Below, one piece after another: positions 26,663 to 34,979 of a stretch of DNA of 64,000 nucleotides (position 1 is its first letter; each line of letters starts with the position of its first letter). The stretch is taken from the IMG/VR virus record IMGVR_UViG_3300020468_000003, positions 32,001 through 96,000 of that record; one strand, given 5' to 3'. The notes under the pieces are model-generated. The model made no database searches and was not told where the DNA came from. It was given only the letters and a program-made list of their open reading frames with translations. This stretch comes from a virus. The translations under genes were made by a program, and so were the position numbers.

Positions 26663-26897
26663 TAGGCAATCCATAACTGATATGATACATATCCATCATA
26701 TAATCTCTTACTCTCTCCCGATCAAGGGAATCTCCATCTCCCCACGTAACCTTAAATTCAGCAAGCGGGTCGCTGCAGTCATCAAGATATTTGAGCGTTG
26801 CATATGCGATTTGCTCTTTAGAGACGTTGAGGGGATACAACCCACCTTGCCCGTAGAATGAAAACACATAATCGATGAACTCCTGAAAATTGTGCAT
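26652..26897 (-). CDS. Conserved cyanophage early protein (FIDYV.SFYG..GLYP...GDS.DRERVRD)
   Basis: 81-aa ORF downstream of element copy 12. Confidence 0.75.
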   Translation of the reverse strand: MHNFQEFIDYVFSFYGQGGLYPLNVSKEQIAYATLKYLDDCSDPLAEFKVTWGDGDSLDRERVRDYMMDMYHISYGLPMPV

Positions 26898-26920
26898 GAG
26901 ATGTTTTTGTATGTATCTTT

Positions 26921-26978
26921 ATCTTATCAGTTCCTGTAGCAATTGGTCATACTATGTGACACTAATATTTCTGGCACA
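26921..26978 (-). promoter_or_regulatory. Early-promoter element copy 12 (variant)
   Basis: TAAGAT 26921-26926; box TGTGACACTAATATTTCTGGCACA at the same spacing. Confidence 0.6.
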
Positions 26979-27026
26979 CTGGCTGATGCATTCGAGCTCG
27001 ATTTCTCTTATAATAAATTTATAAAC

Positions 27027-27050
27027 AAAAAAAGAGCGGAAGTACGCTCT
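27027..27050 (-). terminator. Intrinsic terminator
   Basis: Minus strand AGAGCG-TACTTC-CGCTCT followed by a T-run. Confidence 0.7.
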
Positions 27051-27307
27051 CTAAAATCTTCGCCACTCCCCCTGCCTTATAATATCTCTGTGTTCCTTTC
27101 CTGATATCCAATTCTCGTACTGGCACACTCGCTGTTGCCTTCCCTTTAAAATATGTTACACTTCCTCGAACAAACCATACAAAGGTATGTATATAAAACC
27201 AAAATTTAAACTGTCACATTGTGCCAATCTAGATGCGTCACATGTCGTATAATGTATTACATGCATGAATCTCGATGTGTATCATATGTTACTAGTACAT
27301 GCGTATC

Positions 27308-27655
27308 CTCGTCGAGATGTGTGCCCCTGCTCATATGTGTGTATGATATGTGCAGGCTCGTCGAGATACATGTGCGCAAGCTCGTCTAGATGCATGCGTT
27401 CATGTGTGCGAGCTCGTCGAGATTATGCATAATGATAGATGGATAGCTCGTAGAAATCCTGATTGTTGTCTCGTCGAGAGTTATATTCCTCGTCGAGATC
27501 TAAGTCTTGTGTATAAGACTGTGTACTCTCGTCGAGATCGTCACCTGTTTCATAGTCGAGATCGTACCAGTCTGCGCAGTCTTCGTACATAGTCGAGATG
27601 AATAGAATACTTATAGTATAACACATATCTCGACTAGAGGCAAGCTCGTCGAGAT
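27308..27655. repeat. Dispersed array of CTCGTCGAGAT (interrupted palindrome CTCG-N-CGAG)
   Basis: Exact copies at 27308, 27357, 27413, 27489, 27528, 27645; variants at 27381, 27447, 27470, 27553, 27590 and 27627 (inverted). Confidence 0.85.
27423..27590 (-). CDS. Very acidic Tyr/Asp-rich small protein (DLDE repeats); coding status uncertain
   Basis: MYEDCADWYDLDYETGDDLDES...; TTGCCT-N17-TATACT promoter at 27615-27643. Confidence 0.45.
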   Translation of the reverse strand: MYEDCADWYDLDYETGDDLDESTQSYTQDLDLDEEYNSRRDNNQDFYELSIYHYA

Positions 27656-27769
27656 TCACAGTAGTATATATGTACGCAAAAGGATCTATTGTTACAATAT
27701 AGTAACATTGTACTTATAAGACTACAAGTACTTCGCGACCCTGTGTGTTAGGAAATCGCGATCCGTGGG

Positions 27770-27798
27770 TTGACAAACTCCGCGTCTCATGCTACGCT
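27770..27798 (+). promoter_or_regulatory. Plus-strand sigma70-like promoter TTGACA-N17-TACGCT (extended TG)
   Basis: Hexamers and spacer read directly. Confidence 0.5.
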
Positions 27799-27860
27799 CG
27801 CTAAGTCAACATAAGATCTGAGCATTAAATCATAATACTTTCTCTCTTCTTTATACACAT

Positions 27861-27912
27861 ATTATAACACACTTAACATCCTTTTGCAATGTACTTGTAC
27901 TTATGGTATAAT
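27861..27912. promoter_or_regulatory. Back-to-back promoters sharing palindromic -35 TTGCAA
   Basis: TTGCAA 27884-27889; plus-strand TATAAT 27907-27912; minus-strand TATAAT 27861-27866; both have 17-nt spacers and TGn extensions. Confidence 0.65.
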
Positions 27913-28069
27913 TAAAAGAACCAGTTATTTAGACAGTTTACCAAAACCTATTCTCAATGTACTTGTACTTATAAATTAGTAATAAGTACATCCTATAAGT
28001 ACATTATATGAAAATTGATAGGTTCATCGGTAGAATCCCTTGGTATGACTGGAGTTTCGCCCTTAGTAT

Positions 28070-28606
28070 GTGTCATGGTTTCTTGAAGTGAGAAAGCATA
28101 AAGTTTTGAATGAAATAGAAGACTTAGAGGATTTCAGTGGTTACTCGATTGATACTGATGGAAACCTTTGGTCTCTGAAGTATAAAGTACCGAAGCTAAG
28201 AAAACCTGTATGGTCTGGTAAAGATGAATGTGCATATCTTACCTGTAGATTGAGAGATGATAATGGTAAAGCAAAGACTCTCTACATTCATAAGTTGGTA
28301 GCATTAGCATTTCTTCCGTGTGATGATCCTACCCGAAGGGTTGTGCATAAGAACAAAGATCGAAGTAACAACCAACTTGAAAACTTAGAGTGGATTGCTA
28401 ACGTAAAGGAGAAGAAGAAAGCATTAGACTTCGTATTACAGGAAGAACTGGTAAATAAGATACAGCGTATTCATGTAGTTGCTCAAAAGAAAGGAATTCG
28501 GGATGTGTCGTCTGATTCTTATTCATTTACCACGAAGATGATCGAAGATGCCATTGAAGCATACATTAAAGAGTATGGACTACGTAAAATTGATAGAGAC
28601 TTATGA
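28070..28606 (+). CDS. NUMOD4/HNH homing-endonuclease-like protein (degenerate) with C-terminal RHH-like region
   Basis: YSIDTDGNLWS (NUMOD4-like); IHKLVALAFLP...VVHKNKDRSNNQLENLEW (HNH_3-like); start codon uncertain. Confidence 0.75.
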   Translation: MSWFLEVRKHKVLNEIEDLEDFSGYSIDTDGNLWSLKYKVPKLRKPVWSGKDECAYLTCRLRDDNGKAKTLYIHKLVALAFLPCDDPTRRVVHKNKDRSNNQLENLEWIANVKEKKKALDFVLQEELVNKIQRIHVVAQKKGIRDVSSDSYSFTTKMIEDAIEAYIKEYGLRKIDRDL

Positions 28607-28728
28607 AAAATCCATTTAGAAAGAATAAAGAGACTAACTTGAAGAATCTCTTACAAAAATTGTTCCCAAATCATAAAATTACTGTGGTAAATCATAAAGA
28701 TGGTTCTCAGACCATTTCTCTCTTATAA
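28603..28728 (+). CDS. Small basic protein (41 aa) coupled to the HNH-like gene
   Basis: ATGA overlap; MKNPFRKNKETNLKNLLQKLFPNHKITVVNHKDGSQTISLL*. Confidence 0.5.
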   Translation: MKNPFRKNKETNLKNLLQKLFPNHKITVVNHKDGSQTISLL

Positions 28729-28938
28729 GGGGGGTTACTACCATAAGGAGAAGTTTTTACAGGGGTGTTACAGGCGATCCTGGCGTTAGTAGTTTGGTAT
28801 CAGTACTATACAAAACGGTGTATTTCGTTAAATGTGGAGCAGTGAGTAGAAAAACGCAAAAAAAATTTCCTCCGCGCCTCTCGACGGGAGAGAATGGTAG
28901 AGGAAAGGGGGAGAAAGGAAGATATAGAAATTATAGAG

Positions 28939-29271
28939 TTACTGGATAGTATATGAATATCCCTCGAAGTGTTCCATAACGTTGAGCATCGTTTCCTTAC
29001 CGTAGCATATAATTGTATGTGTCTGATATGGGGGATGTTTGCTTGCTTTGTGATCTTCGTATGTAAAAGTAAACTTTGGTTTATCATCTGGGTATTCGCC
29101 TGGTGTCCAGATTGATCCGTCTGTGTTGTAGGTATCAAACTCTAATGGATTGATTTCTTTTTTTGATTCTTTCATTTGTTCTACTAGGTGATCGACGCAA
29201 GATGCATAGTAACTTGCATTAAGTGTTTCTTCTGATTCATAGAAGTTGATGTAGTTAAAAGGTTTACTCAT
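28939..29271 (-). CDS. Hypothetical protein
   Basis: Start trimmed to MSKPFNYINF, overlapping the upstream stop. Confidence 0.6.
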   Translation of the reverse strand: MSKPFNYINFYESEETLNASYYASCVDHLVEQMKESKKEINPLEFDTYNTDGSIWTPGEYPDDKPKFTFTYEDHKASKHPPYQTHTIICYGKETMLNVMEHFEGYSYTIQ

Positions 29272-29761
29272 ATTTAAGTGCGACTGTAAATCTGTGTTTG
29301 GTGCGGAAAGAGGTGGCTCTGTGTAAAATTGATGCATCGAAGAAACATAAGCGATTTGGTTCGGGTGCAACTGAGTAGGACTTGTCGTTTACATAGAACT
29401 CTGTTTGTCCTAAAAAGTTGGGTGTCCACATTTCTTTGTGTGGATAGTATAGGAATGTCACTCCCTCATCTGCATCTGTATGAAAGTATGGTATTTCATT
29501 TGGTGCGAACAAATTGATATACATTCTTAACAGACATCGGTTTGGTACAAGTGGTTGAGTCTTCTCATAGAAAAAGCGATAGATGAACTCTCCCTTCTTG
29601 ATTTCTGCACTCATTCCAGTTGGAGCTACCTCTGCTTCATCCTTTTCGCCAAAAGTGTAGTTCGCATTCTGGCAGTACATAAGCACATTAGCCTGTTCTT
29701 GTGGATTTAACCAGTCGTCCCGTATATGAACTGGCACATCCTTTCCGTAAACAAAATCCAT
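29264..29761 (-). CDS. 2OG-Fe(II) oxygenase
   Basis: HTD...PNRLCFFDASILH...RFTVA (HxD...H...R). Confidence 0.85.
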   Translation of the reverse strand: MDFVYGKDVPVHIRDDWLNPQEQANVLMYCQNANYTFGEKDEAEVAPTGMSAEIKKGEFIYRFFYEKTQPLVPNRCLLRMYINLFAPNEIPYFHTDADEGVTFLYYPHKEMWTPNFLGQTEFYVNDKSYSVAPEPNRLCFFDASILHRATSFRTKHRFTVALKYE

Positions 29762-30402
29762 TATTTGCTAGAATTGTAAGAAGTTACTGCAAAGTTGAAT
29801 GCAATTGAGATACGTGGGTTACCAGGTGTTGGTTTGTTTGCTTTAACCTCATGCATTAGATATGATGGAAACATGATCAAATCTCCTTCATTGATGTCAG
29901 GAGAGAACAGTTCATCATAATTGTGTGAATCGAACTCTAATGAATGAGATCGAATGATGCCCATTGGATCAGTAAAGGTCAATGGACTATGCACCTTCTT
30001 ATCATAACATAGAAAATGTACACATGCAAAATGATTTGGGTCTAACGGATCTCCAATATGATTGTGTGATTCTTGCCACTCCTCGTCCTCATAGCAATTA
30101 TACCAACATTCGTCTACCTCCACCTCAAACTTGTTATCGAAAAAGGTTTTAATTAAATTATGATACTGTCTCTGTAATTCTCCTTGCGACATGAAAAAGC
30201 GATTGATGTCATCTCTTTCATGACTTGTCTTGATCTTTGTCGTTAACCATCCTTCTGGTGGTGTTAATGTTTTTTGAGTCGATTCAATAAATGGTAGCAG
30301 ATCTTGCTTCAACCTTTCATTGTTCTCTACCTGTCCCTGATAGTAAGAGATCGGGAAAATGGTTCTACGTTGCGTTTCCATGGAATTCATCAAATTCTGC
30401 AT
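29761..30402 (-). CDS. 2OG-Fe(II) oxygenase-like protein (TIGR02466-type, HxH)
   Basis: QESHNH...EGDLIMFPSYLMHEV...RISIAFN. Confidence 0.85.
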   Translation of the reverse strand: MQNLMNSMETQRRTIFPISYYQGQVENNERLKQDLLPFIESTQKTLTPPEGWLTTKIKTSHERDDINRFFMSQGELQRQYHNLIKTFFDNKFEVEVDECWYNCYEDEEWQESHNHIGDPLDPNHFACVHFLCYDKKVHSPLTFTDPMGIIRSHSLEFDSHNYDELFSPDINEGDLIMFPSYLMHEVKANKPTPGNPRISIAFNFAVTSYNSSK

Positions 30403-30712
30403 AATGATCGGGACTTTTCTTATTTCTTTTCTTCACAAACTCCAACTGATGCCAACTATGTTCATAACACAATAAAAGAACATGTATGTACCTGTGTGGA
30501 TTATTCTTATCGTACTTACAATTTGGTTTCTCTTTAACAGCAATTTCAATTGTAATGTAATTTAAGACTGGTCTCCATCCACCCTTAACTCTTGCTTGAT
30601 TGTCTTCAGATTTTGGTTTACAATAAACCCATCCTTCATGCTTCATTCCCAGATCCGTAGTCCAGATTACATAATCATCGACTTCTGGGATGTATTGTGT
30701 TTCTGTACTCAT
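30365..30712 (-). CDS. Conserved cyanophage hypothetical protein
   Basis: 115 aa; YIPEVDDYVIW...EGWVY...YITIE. Confidence 0.7.
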   Translation of the reverse strand: MSTETQYIPEVDDYVIWTTDLGMKHEGWVYCKPKSEDNQARVKGGWRPVLNYITIEIAVKEKPNCKYDKNNPHRYIHVLLLCYEHSWHQLEFVKKRNKKSPDHYAEFDEFHGNAT

Positions 30713-30879
30713 TAATCGGGAACTGCTTTAAGGTCTTTTGGACTGATGCCTTCATTGATCAGTTGATCTAATCTAACCTTACATTGTTCTTTTGTGAGTC
30801 CTGATGTATTTGCTTCAGGTGATTTAAACCATCCCATTGTTGTTTGTTGGACGATTTGCCATTTTTTCTCTTGAGTCAT
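30712..30879 (-). CDS. Small hypothetical protein (55 aa)
   Basis: Hand-translated MTQEKKWQIVQQTTMGWFKSPEANTSGLTKEQCKVRLDQLINEGISPKDLKAVPD*. Confidence 0.7.
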   Translation of the reverse strand: MTQEKKWQIVQQTTMGWFKSPEANTSGLTKEQCKVRLDQLINEGISPKDLKAVPD

Positions 30880-31695
30880 TTAATTAAACCTAATTGGTGC
30901 GGTGCGGGTTGTGATATCCCCTGTCATCATTGCATTGAATGAAATGGTAATACGAGGAATGCCATTATAATCTTGATAGGATTGCTGTACTCCGTGTGGC
31001 AACCACGATGGAAACATAAGCAAACTACCATTATTTACGATTGGTGAAACTGTACCTGAGTTATGAGCAGCATGATCTTTATTTACACTTGGTTCAATAA
31101 CTCTTGCAGCAGGTCTTGGATCACTAAAAGTTGTAGTTTGAGCAAATTGTGTTCCCAGATTTGGGGTACTTACATGCCATACTCCACTAAAGATAGAATT
31201 TGGGTGTGTATGATTCATGTGACAATATAATGGTCTAAAACCAACATTTGCCCACATTGAAGTCAAATAGACTTGTTCTACCTTATAATCATAATATGCA
31301 AATACAGCAGCAGCTTCTTTAAGTAAGAAACTATGTACTTGTTCAAAACCTTCTCTCTGGTGAAGATCATCGAAACTGTACCAACCTACAGGATCTTTTG
31401 GATCTCCTGCAATTGTTCCTGCATTCTCATCTTTTGTTGCTGCTAAGACTTTTTCCTTAACATCTTTAAGGAAATCTTCATCATCAACTCTTGATTTAAA
31501 AAGTAAAGAGGGAAAAAGAACACCAATGTCCCTATCGGTAACTTTGATTTCTTTTTCAACCTCCCTTGTTGGAGATACAGGTTCATTACTTAGTTGATTT
31601 ACTTCAACTCCAGTATTAATAGTAAATCCACCTTCTGGTTTACCAGATGGTATTTTTACATCACGATTCCATCCCGAATTATGTTCAGTTGTCAA
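30880..31695 (-). CDS. 2OG-Fe(II) oxygenase-like protein (TIGR02466 family)
   Basis: MWAN...HTHPNSIFSGVW...FSDPRP...LLMFPSWLPHGV...RITISFN. Confidence 0.85.
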   Translation of the reverse strand: MTTEHNSGWNRDVKIPSGKPEGGFTINTGVEVNQLSNEPVSPTREVEKEIKVTDRDIGVLFPSLLFKSRVDDEDFLKDVKEKVLAATKDENAGTIAGDPKDPVGWYSFDDLHQREGFEQVHSFLLKEAAAVFAYYDYKVEQVYLTSMWANVGFRPLYCHMNHTHPNSIFSGVWHVSTPNLGTQFAQTTTFSDPRPAARVIEPSVNKDHAAHNSGTVSPIVNNGSLLMFPSWLPHGVQQSYQDYNGIPRITISFNAMMTGDITTRTAPIRFN

Positions 31696-31738
31696 TTAAG
31701 TATCTCCGAATATGGTTATTATAGCATAATAAATTGAT

Positions 31739-31930
31739 TTAGACAAGGAACTCATCCATATAGTAATCAACTGTTACTTGCATTTTGGCAGCTTCCTTTT
31801 CTAAGTAGTCTCCATGTTGAGCAAGACCTTTATAGTATTCTTGTCTCTGTTTCCACTTGATGATTTCGATTTCAGATGTAATCATGTATTTTTTTAATAA
31901 TTCCATAAATTCTTCTATCTCTTCATCATT
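31739..31930 (-). CDS. Small hypothetical protein
   Basis: MNDEEIEEF...VTVDYYMDEFLV. Confidence 0.6.
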   Translation of the reverse strand, partial: NDEEIEEFMELLKKYMITSEIEIIKWKQRQEYYKGLAQHGDYLEKEAAKMQVTVDYYMDEFLV

Positions 31931-33698
31931 CATAAGTAACAAATCCCTTGGGTCTTTGTGTCCATTTCGGATTCTTATCTCTGTAACTTGGTTCTATAGT
32001 TTTCCTTTCTTGCTTTTTAACTTTCATTTTAACACGATCAGGCATTGAATCATATATGTGTTGTGGCACATCATCTTCTGTCCCAACGAAAGTCATATCC
32101 CCACTTGAGTCGTGTATAGTCTTACATAAGTATTCATACAATGAAGGAAGTGTCTCTGCATAATTTATATATTTCTGTTGGGTCTCTCTGTATAGTTCTT
32201 GTAACCTATCACAATGCATTTCTGGATCAAATCCTTTCAATTTTCCTAGAGATCTATGCATTTGTGCATCAATTGGAGAATAGTTCATTCCTGCAGCAAC
32301 ACACTGGAATCCCGCAGTACCCTCCCTAAATTGATGATATTTGTATGCGGACGTAGCATAGTAAAGTAATTCAAGATTCTCTCCCATTTCAGTTTCATAA
32401 TTCAATGAATTATTGATTGTTGGGTCAATTCTAACTCTCTCTGTTACATCTTGCCAGTATGGTGTATCATCTCTTGAACTCAATGCATAATGCATACCAA
32501 CAAAGTTTGCATGACCATAGAAAATATTTCTAAGTGCATAATTAAATGCATCCCTATCCCACTGATTAACAAAATCTTTGCGTAGTGTATAGATTAATGA
32601 TAATAACCACTCATATGTTGTCATTAATCCTGTACTCTCTAATGGTTCAACAAAACCACTTGATAAACCAATCGCAACTACATTCTTCTCCCATGTCTTT
32701 TCATGTATTCCATTTCTCATTGTAATGGGTTTAAATTCAAGATCCTCAATAGGAACATTATCATAACGTGTGCGGATGTAATCCTTGAACTCCTCAAGAG
32801 CTTCATCATCACTGATATACTTATCACTATAAACATACCCTGCACCAATACGTGACCATAAAGGTATGTTCCATGTCCATCCATTACTGAGAGCAGTGCA
32901 ATTTGTAAATGGTTCTAGTTGTTTATTCTTATCTGTATATGGTATATGTGTTGCCCATGCTTTATTATTTGGAATTATGTTCTCAATACTATTAAATTTA
33001 ACTCCTAATGCACCCTCTAATAATAAACTTTTGAAACCAGTGCAATCAATGTATAAATCAGCAGTTACTTTCTCTTTATTTTGTAAAATTAAAGACTCTA
33101 TACCATCATCATTTGTATTAATCTTTTCAACTGTTGAATTAATTAACTTTACACCCTTTGGAAGACATATCTTTTTCTTAAGATATTGTCCTAATGCGGT
33201 AGCGTCAAAATGAAATGCAACATCTTGAACAAATGAGAAACCAGGTGTCTTTCCACTACTATCATCAGACATCTTATTATTCTCTGAAATTGCAGCAATT
33301 GGATAGTGGCAACGTGCAAATGAATTTTGATCAAGACCACCCCTATTTCCTTTTAAGAACCACCAGTCATTTTGTGCTACTTGTTCTATTGGTCTTTGTG
33401 CCTCTCCAAAAGGATAATGGAATCCTCCTGTATCTTTTCCTAACCAATCTGTAAATTTAATACTTAACTTATAACTACCATCTGTTTCTGTTAAAAGATC
33501 TTTATCCTCAAGACCTATCAATGATGACCAGTGCTTTATACCACCAAGAGTACTTTCTCCAACTCCCAATATAGGAAAGTCTGGACTCTCAATGATAGTA
33601 ACATCAATGTTCGGAAGTTGTGTTGCAAATGTGGCAGCAGACATCCAACCTGATGAACCACCACCCACAATGCATATGCTTTTAATCTTTTTGCTCAT
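31926..33698 (-). CDS. Flavin-dependent (tryptophan-type, PrnA-like) halogenase
   Basis: IVGGGSSG FAD motif, GVGEST, catalytic Lys (SYKLSIKF), WTWNIP, GFVEPLESTG; start trimmed to MSKKIKS. Confidence 0.9.
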   Translation of the reverse strand: MSKKIKSICIVGGGSSGWMSAATFATQLPNIDVTIIESPDFPILGVGESTLGGIKHWSSLIGLEDKDLLTETDGSYKLSIKFTDWLGKDTGGFHYPFGEAQRPIEQVAQNDWWFLKGNRGGLDQNSFARCHYPIAAISENNKMSDDSSGKTPGFSFVQDVAFHFDATALGQYLKKKICLPKGVKLINSTVEKINTNDDGIESLILQNKEKVTADLYIDCTGFKSLLLEGALGVKFNSIENIIPNNKAWATHIPYTDKNKQLEPFTNCTALSNGWTWNIPLWSRIGAGYVYSDKYISDDEALEEFKDYIRTRYDNVPIEDLEFKPITMRNGIHEKTWEKNVVAIGLSSGFVEPLESTGLMTTYEWLLSLIYTLRKDFVNQWDRDAFNYALRNIFYGHANFVGMHYALSSRDDTPYWQDVTERVRIDPTINNSLNYETEMGENLELLYYATSAYKYHQFREGTAGFQCVAAGMNYSPIDAQMHRSLGKLKGFDPEMHCDRLQELYRETQQKYINYAETLPSLYEYLCKTIHDSSGDMTFVGTEDDVPQHIYDSMPDRVKMKVKKQERKTIEPSYRDKNPKWTQRPKGFVTYE

Positions 33699-33828
33699 TC
33701 TTTTTGTTTCTACGTTCTTCAACTAATTTTAGGAACTCCTCATCTGGAGTAAAGATTACAGGACCTTCGGCAATCCTCTCCTCCAGTTCATCCAATAATG
33801 GATCCTTTTCATTGTTTTTTTCAGTCAT
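33682..33828 (-). CDS. Small charged protein (48 aa)
   Basis: Hand-translated MTEKNNEKDPLLDELEERIAEGPVIFTPDEEFLKLVEERRNKKNEQKD*. Confidence 0.6.
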   Translation of the reverse strand: MTEKNNEKDPLLDELEERIAEGPVIFTPDEEFLKLVEERRNKKNEQKD

Positions 33829-33832
33829 TTTT

Positions 33833-34078
33833 TTACAAGAGATCTAAGTCTTTTCCGTGTTTGAGTTTATCCACTTCAACAGGTGGCACAAAGGCATTGA
33901 AATTATTTTTAATTTGCTCTAGTCTATCTGCTTGAGCACCTAGTTTTTTTAAAACAGTGCGACTATTAACATCAAACTTTTTAGCAGATGTATCAATCCC
34001 CTTTCCTAAAAGGACATCAATTAAAAAATCACACTCAGATTCATCTAAGTCTGATTGTAATCTATGTATGGTTCCCAT
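33833..34078 (-). CDS. Hypothetical protein
   Basis: Start trimmed to MGTIHRLQ. Confidence 0.55.
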   Translation of the reverse strand: MGTIHRLQSDLDESECDFLIDVLLGKGIDTSAKKFDVNSRTVLKKLGAQADRLEQIKNNFNAFVPPVEVDKLKHGKDLDLL

Positions 34079-34088
34079 AATACTCAAT

Positions 34089-34979
34089 TTAAACACCCTT
34101 GTCTTGTGTACTTTCGTCAACGATTGTATCTAATTCAGATAACTTTGGATACATTCCCTTAAATGTATCTGCGTTTTGTTTCTGTTTTTTCATATCATCA
34201 TCCATCTCTATTCTACCTGTGTTTTCATTAAATTGCAATAGCATTTTTCTACCTGCCTTTCTAGCAGTTTCTCTAAAGTTTGGCGATATACCAGTTGTAT
34301 CATTTGAAAATGTGGTTACATGATCACTTAACCATCCAGTACAAACATACTTACTACCTTTAGTGACAGTTTCTCCTCTATGATAGAAATACCATGAAGC
34401 AGGGAAACAAATCAACTTTCCAGTTTTTGGTGCTACATTGAGTATATCATTACTATTTCCACCAACTCTAAATTGTGTATGCCCACCATCAAAATCATCA
34501 TTGAGATACCACATATATGTGAATAATCTTCTTGCTTGCAAAACAGTTCCAGAATCTCTATATCCTCTTAATGGAAATACTATCGTATCTAAAATTGGAG
34601 AGACATCATCATCAGCATGCCAATCATAACTTTCTCCAACATTAGTTCTTTGTACTTGATATCCAGAATCAACCATGTCCCCTTTTGATTGAACAACATC
34701 ACCTAATTTTTCTTTTATGTAAGTTAAATATTTTTTTACATGTGGGGAAAGTACTTCAAAAAAGTATGCATCATATTCTTCCCATTCTGGCCATTGAGAT
34801 ATCCACAGATCAGTTGATTTTTTGATACTTGTTCCATCAGCGTGTCCCTCAGTATCAGATGCTGTGATTCCCGCACTTTTACGATGATCATATTCAAATT
34901 TTTCAATGATCTCTTTGCATTTATCAGCAGGTATGACATCATCATACTGCACTATCATATCGGCAAAATTAGTTATCAT
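34089..34979 (-). CDS. 2OG-Fe(II) oxygenase (prolyl-4-hydroxylase-like)
   Basis: YDWHAD...RLFTYMWYLNDDFDGGHT.F...PKTGKLICFP...HRG..V..GSKY. Confidence 0.88.
   Translation of the reverse strand: MITNFADMIVQYDDVIPADKCKEIIEKFEYDHRKSAGITASDTEGHADGTSIKKSTDLWISQWPEWEEYDAYFFEVLSPHVKKYLTYIKEKLGDVVQSKGDMVDSGYQVQRTNVGESYDWHADDDVSPILDTIVFPLRGYRDSGTVLQARRLFTYMWYLNDDFDGGHTQFRVGGNSNDILNVAPKTGKLICFPASWYFYHRGETVTKGSKYVCTGWLSDHVTTFSNDTTGISPNFRETARKAGRKMLLQFNENTGRIEMDDDMKKQKQNADTFKGMYPKLSELDTIVDESTQDKGV

Larger units (their letters stand above)
27709..28005. repeat. TGTACTTAT direct and inverted repeats (operator- or iteron-like)
   Basis: 18-bp direct repeat CAATGTACTTGTACTTAT at 27887 and 27955; TGTACTTAT at 27709; inverted ATAAGTACA at 27982 and 27995. 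Confidence 0.8.

Noticed and set aside
19801-26978. Repeated palindromic element as a CRISPR array or integron attC array
   Set aside because: Spacing is 350-1100 bp with whole genes in between, the copies are degenerate, the attC RYYYAAC...GTTRRRY order is absent, and no cas or intI gene is present
27350-27592. Plus-strand 80-aa ORF
   Set aside because: A product of the repeat array (RRD repeats) with no SD
27308-27655. CTCGTCGAGAT array as a mini-CRISPR
   Set aside because: The repeat is only 11 bp with irregular spacing of about 20-55 bp
28070-28606. Group I intron or intein host for the HNH ORF
   Set aside because: The ORF is free-standing between non-coding tracts, and no interrupted gene flanks it
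28806-29138. 110-aa minus-strand ORF
   Set aside because: Overlaps 28939..29271 in another frame and runs into low-complexity non-coding sequence
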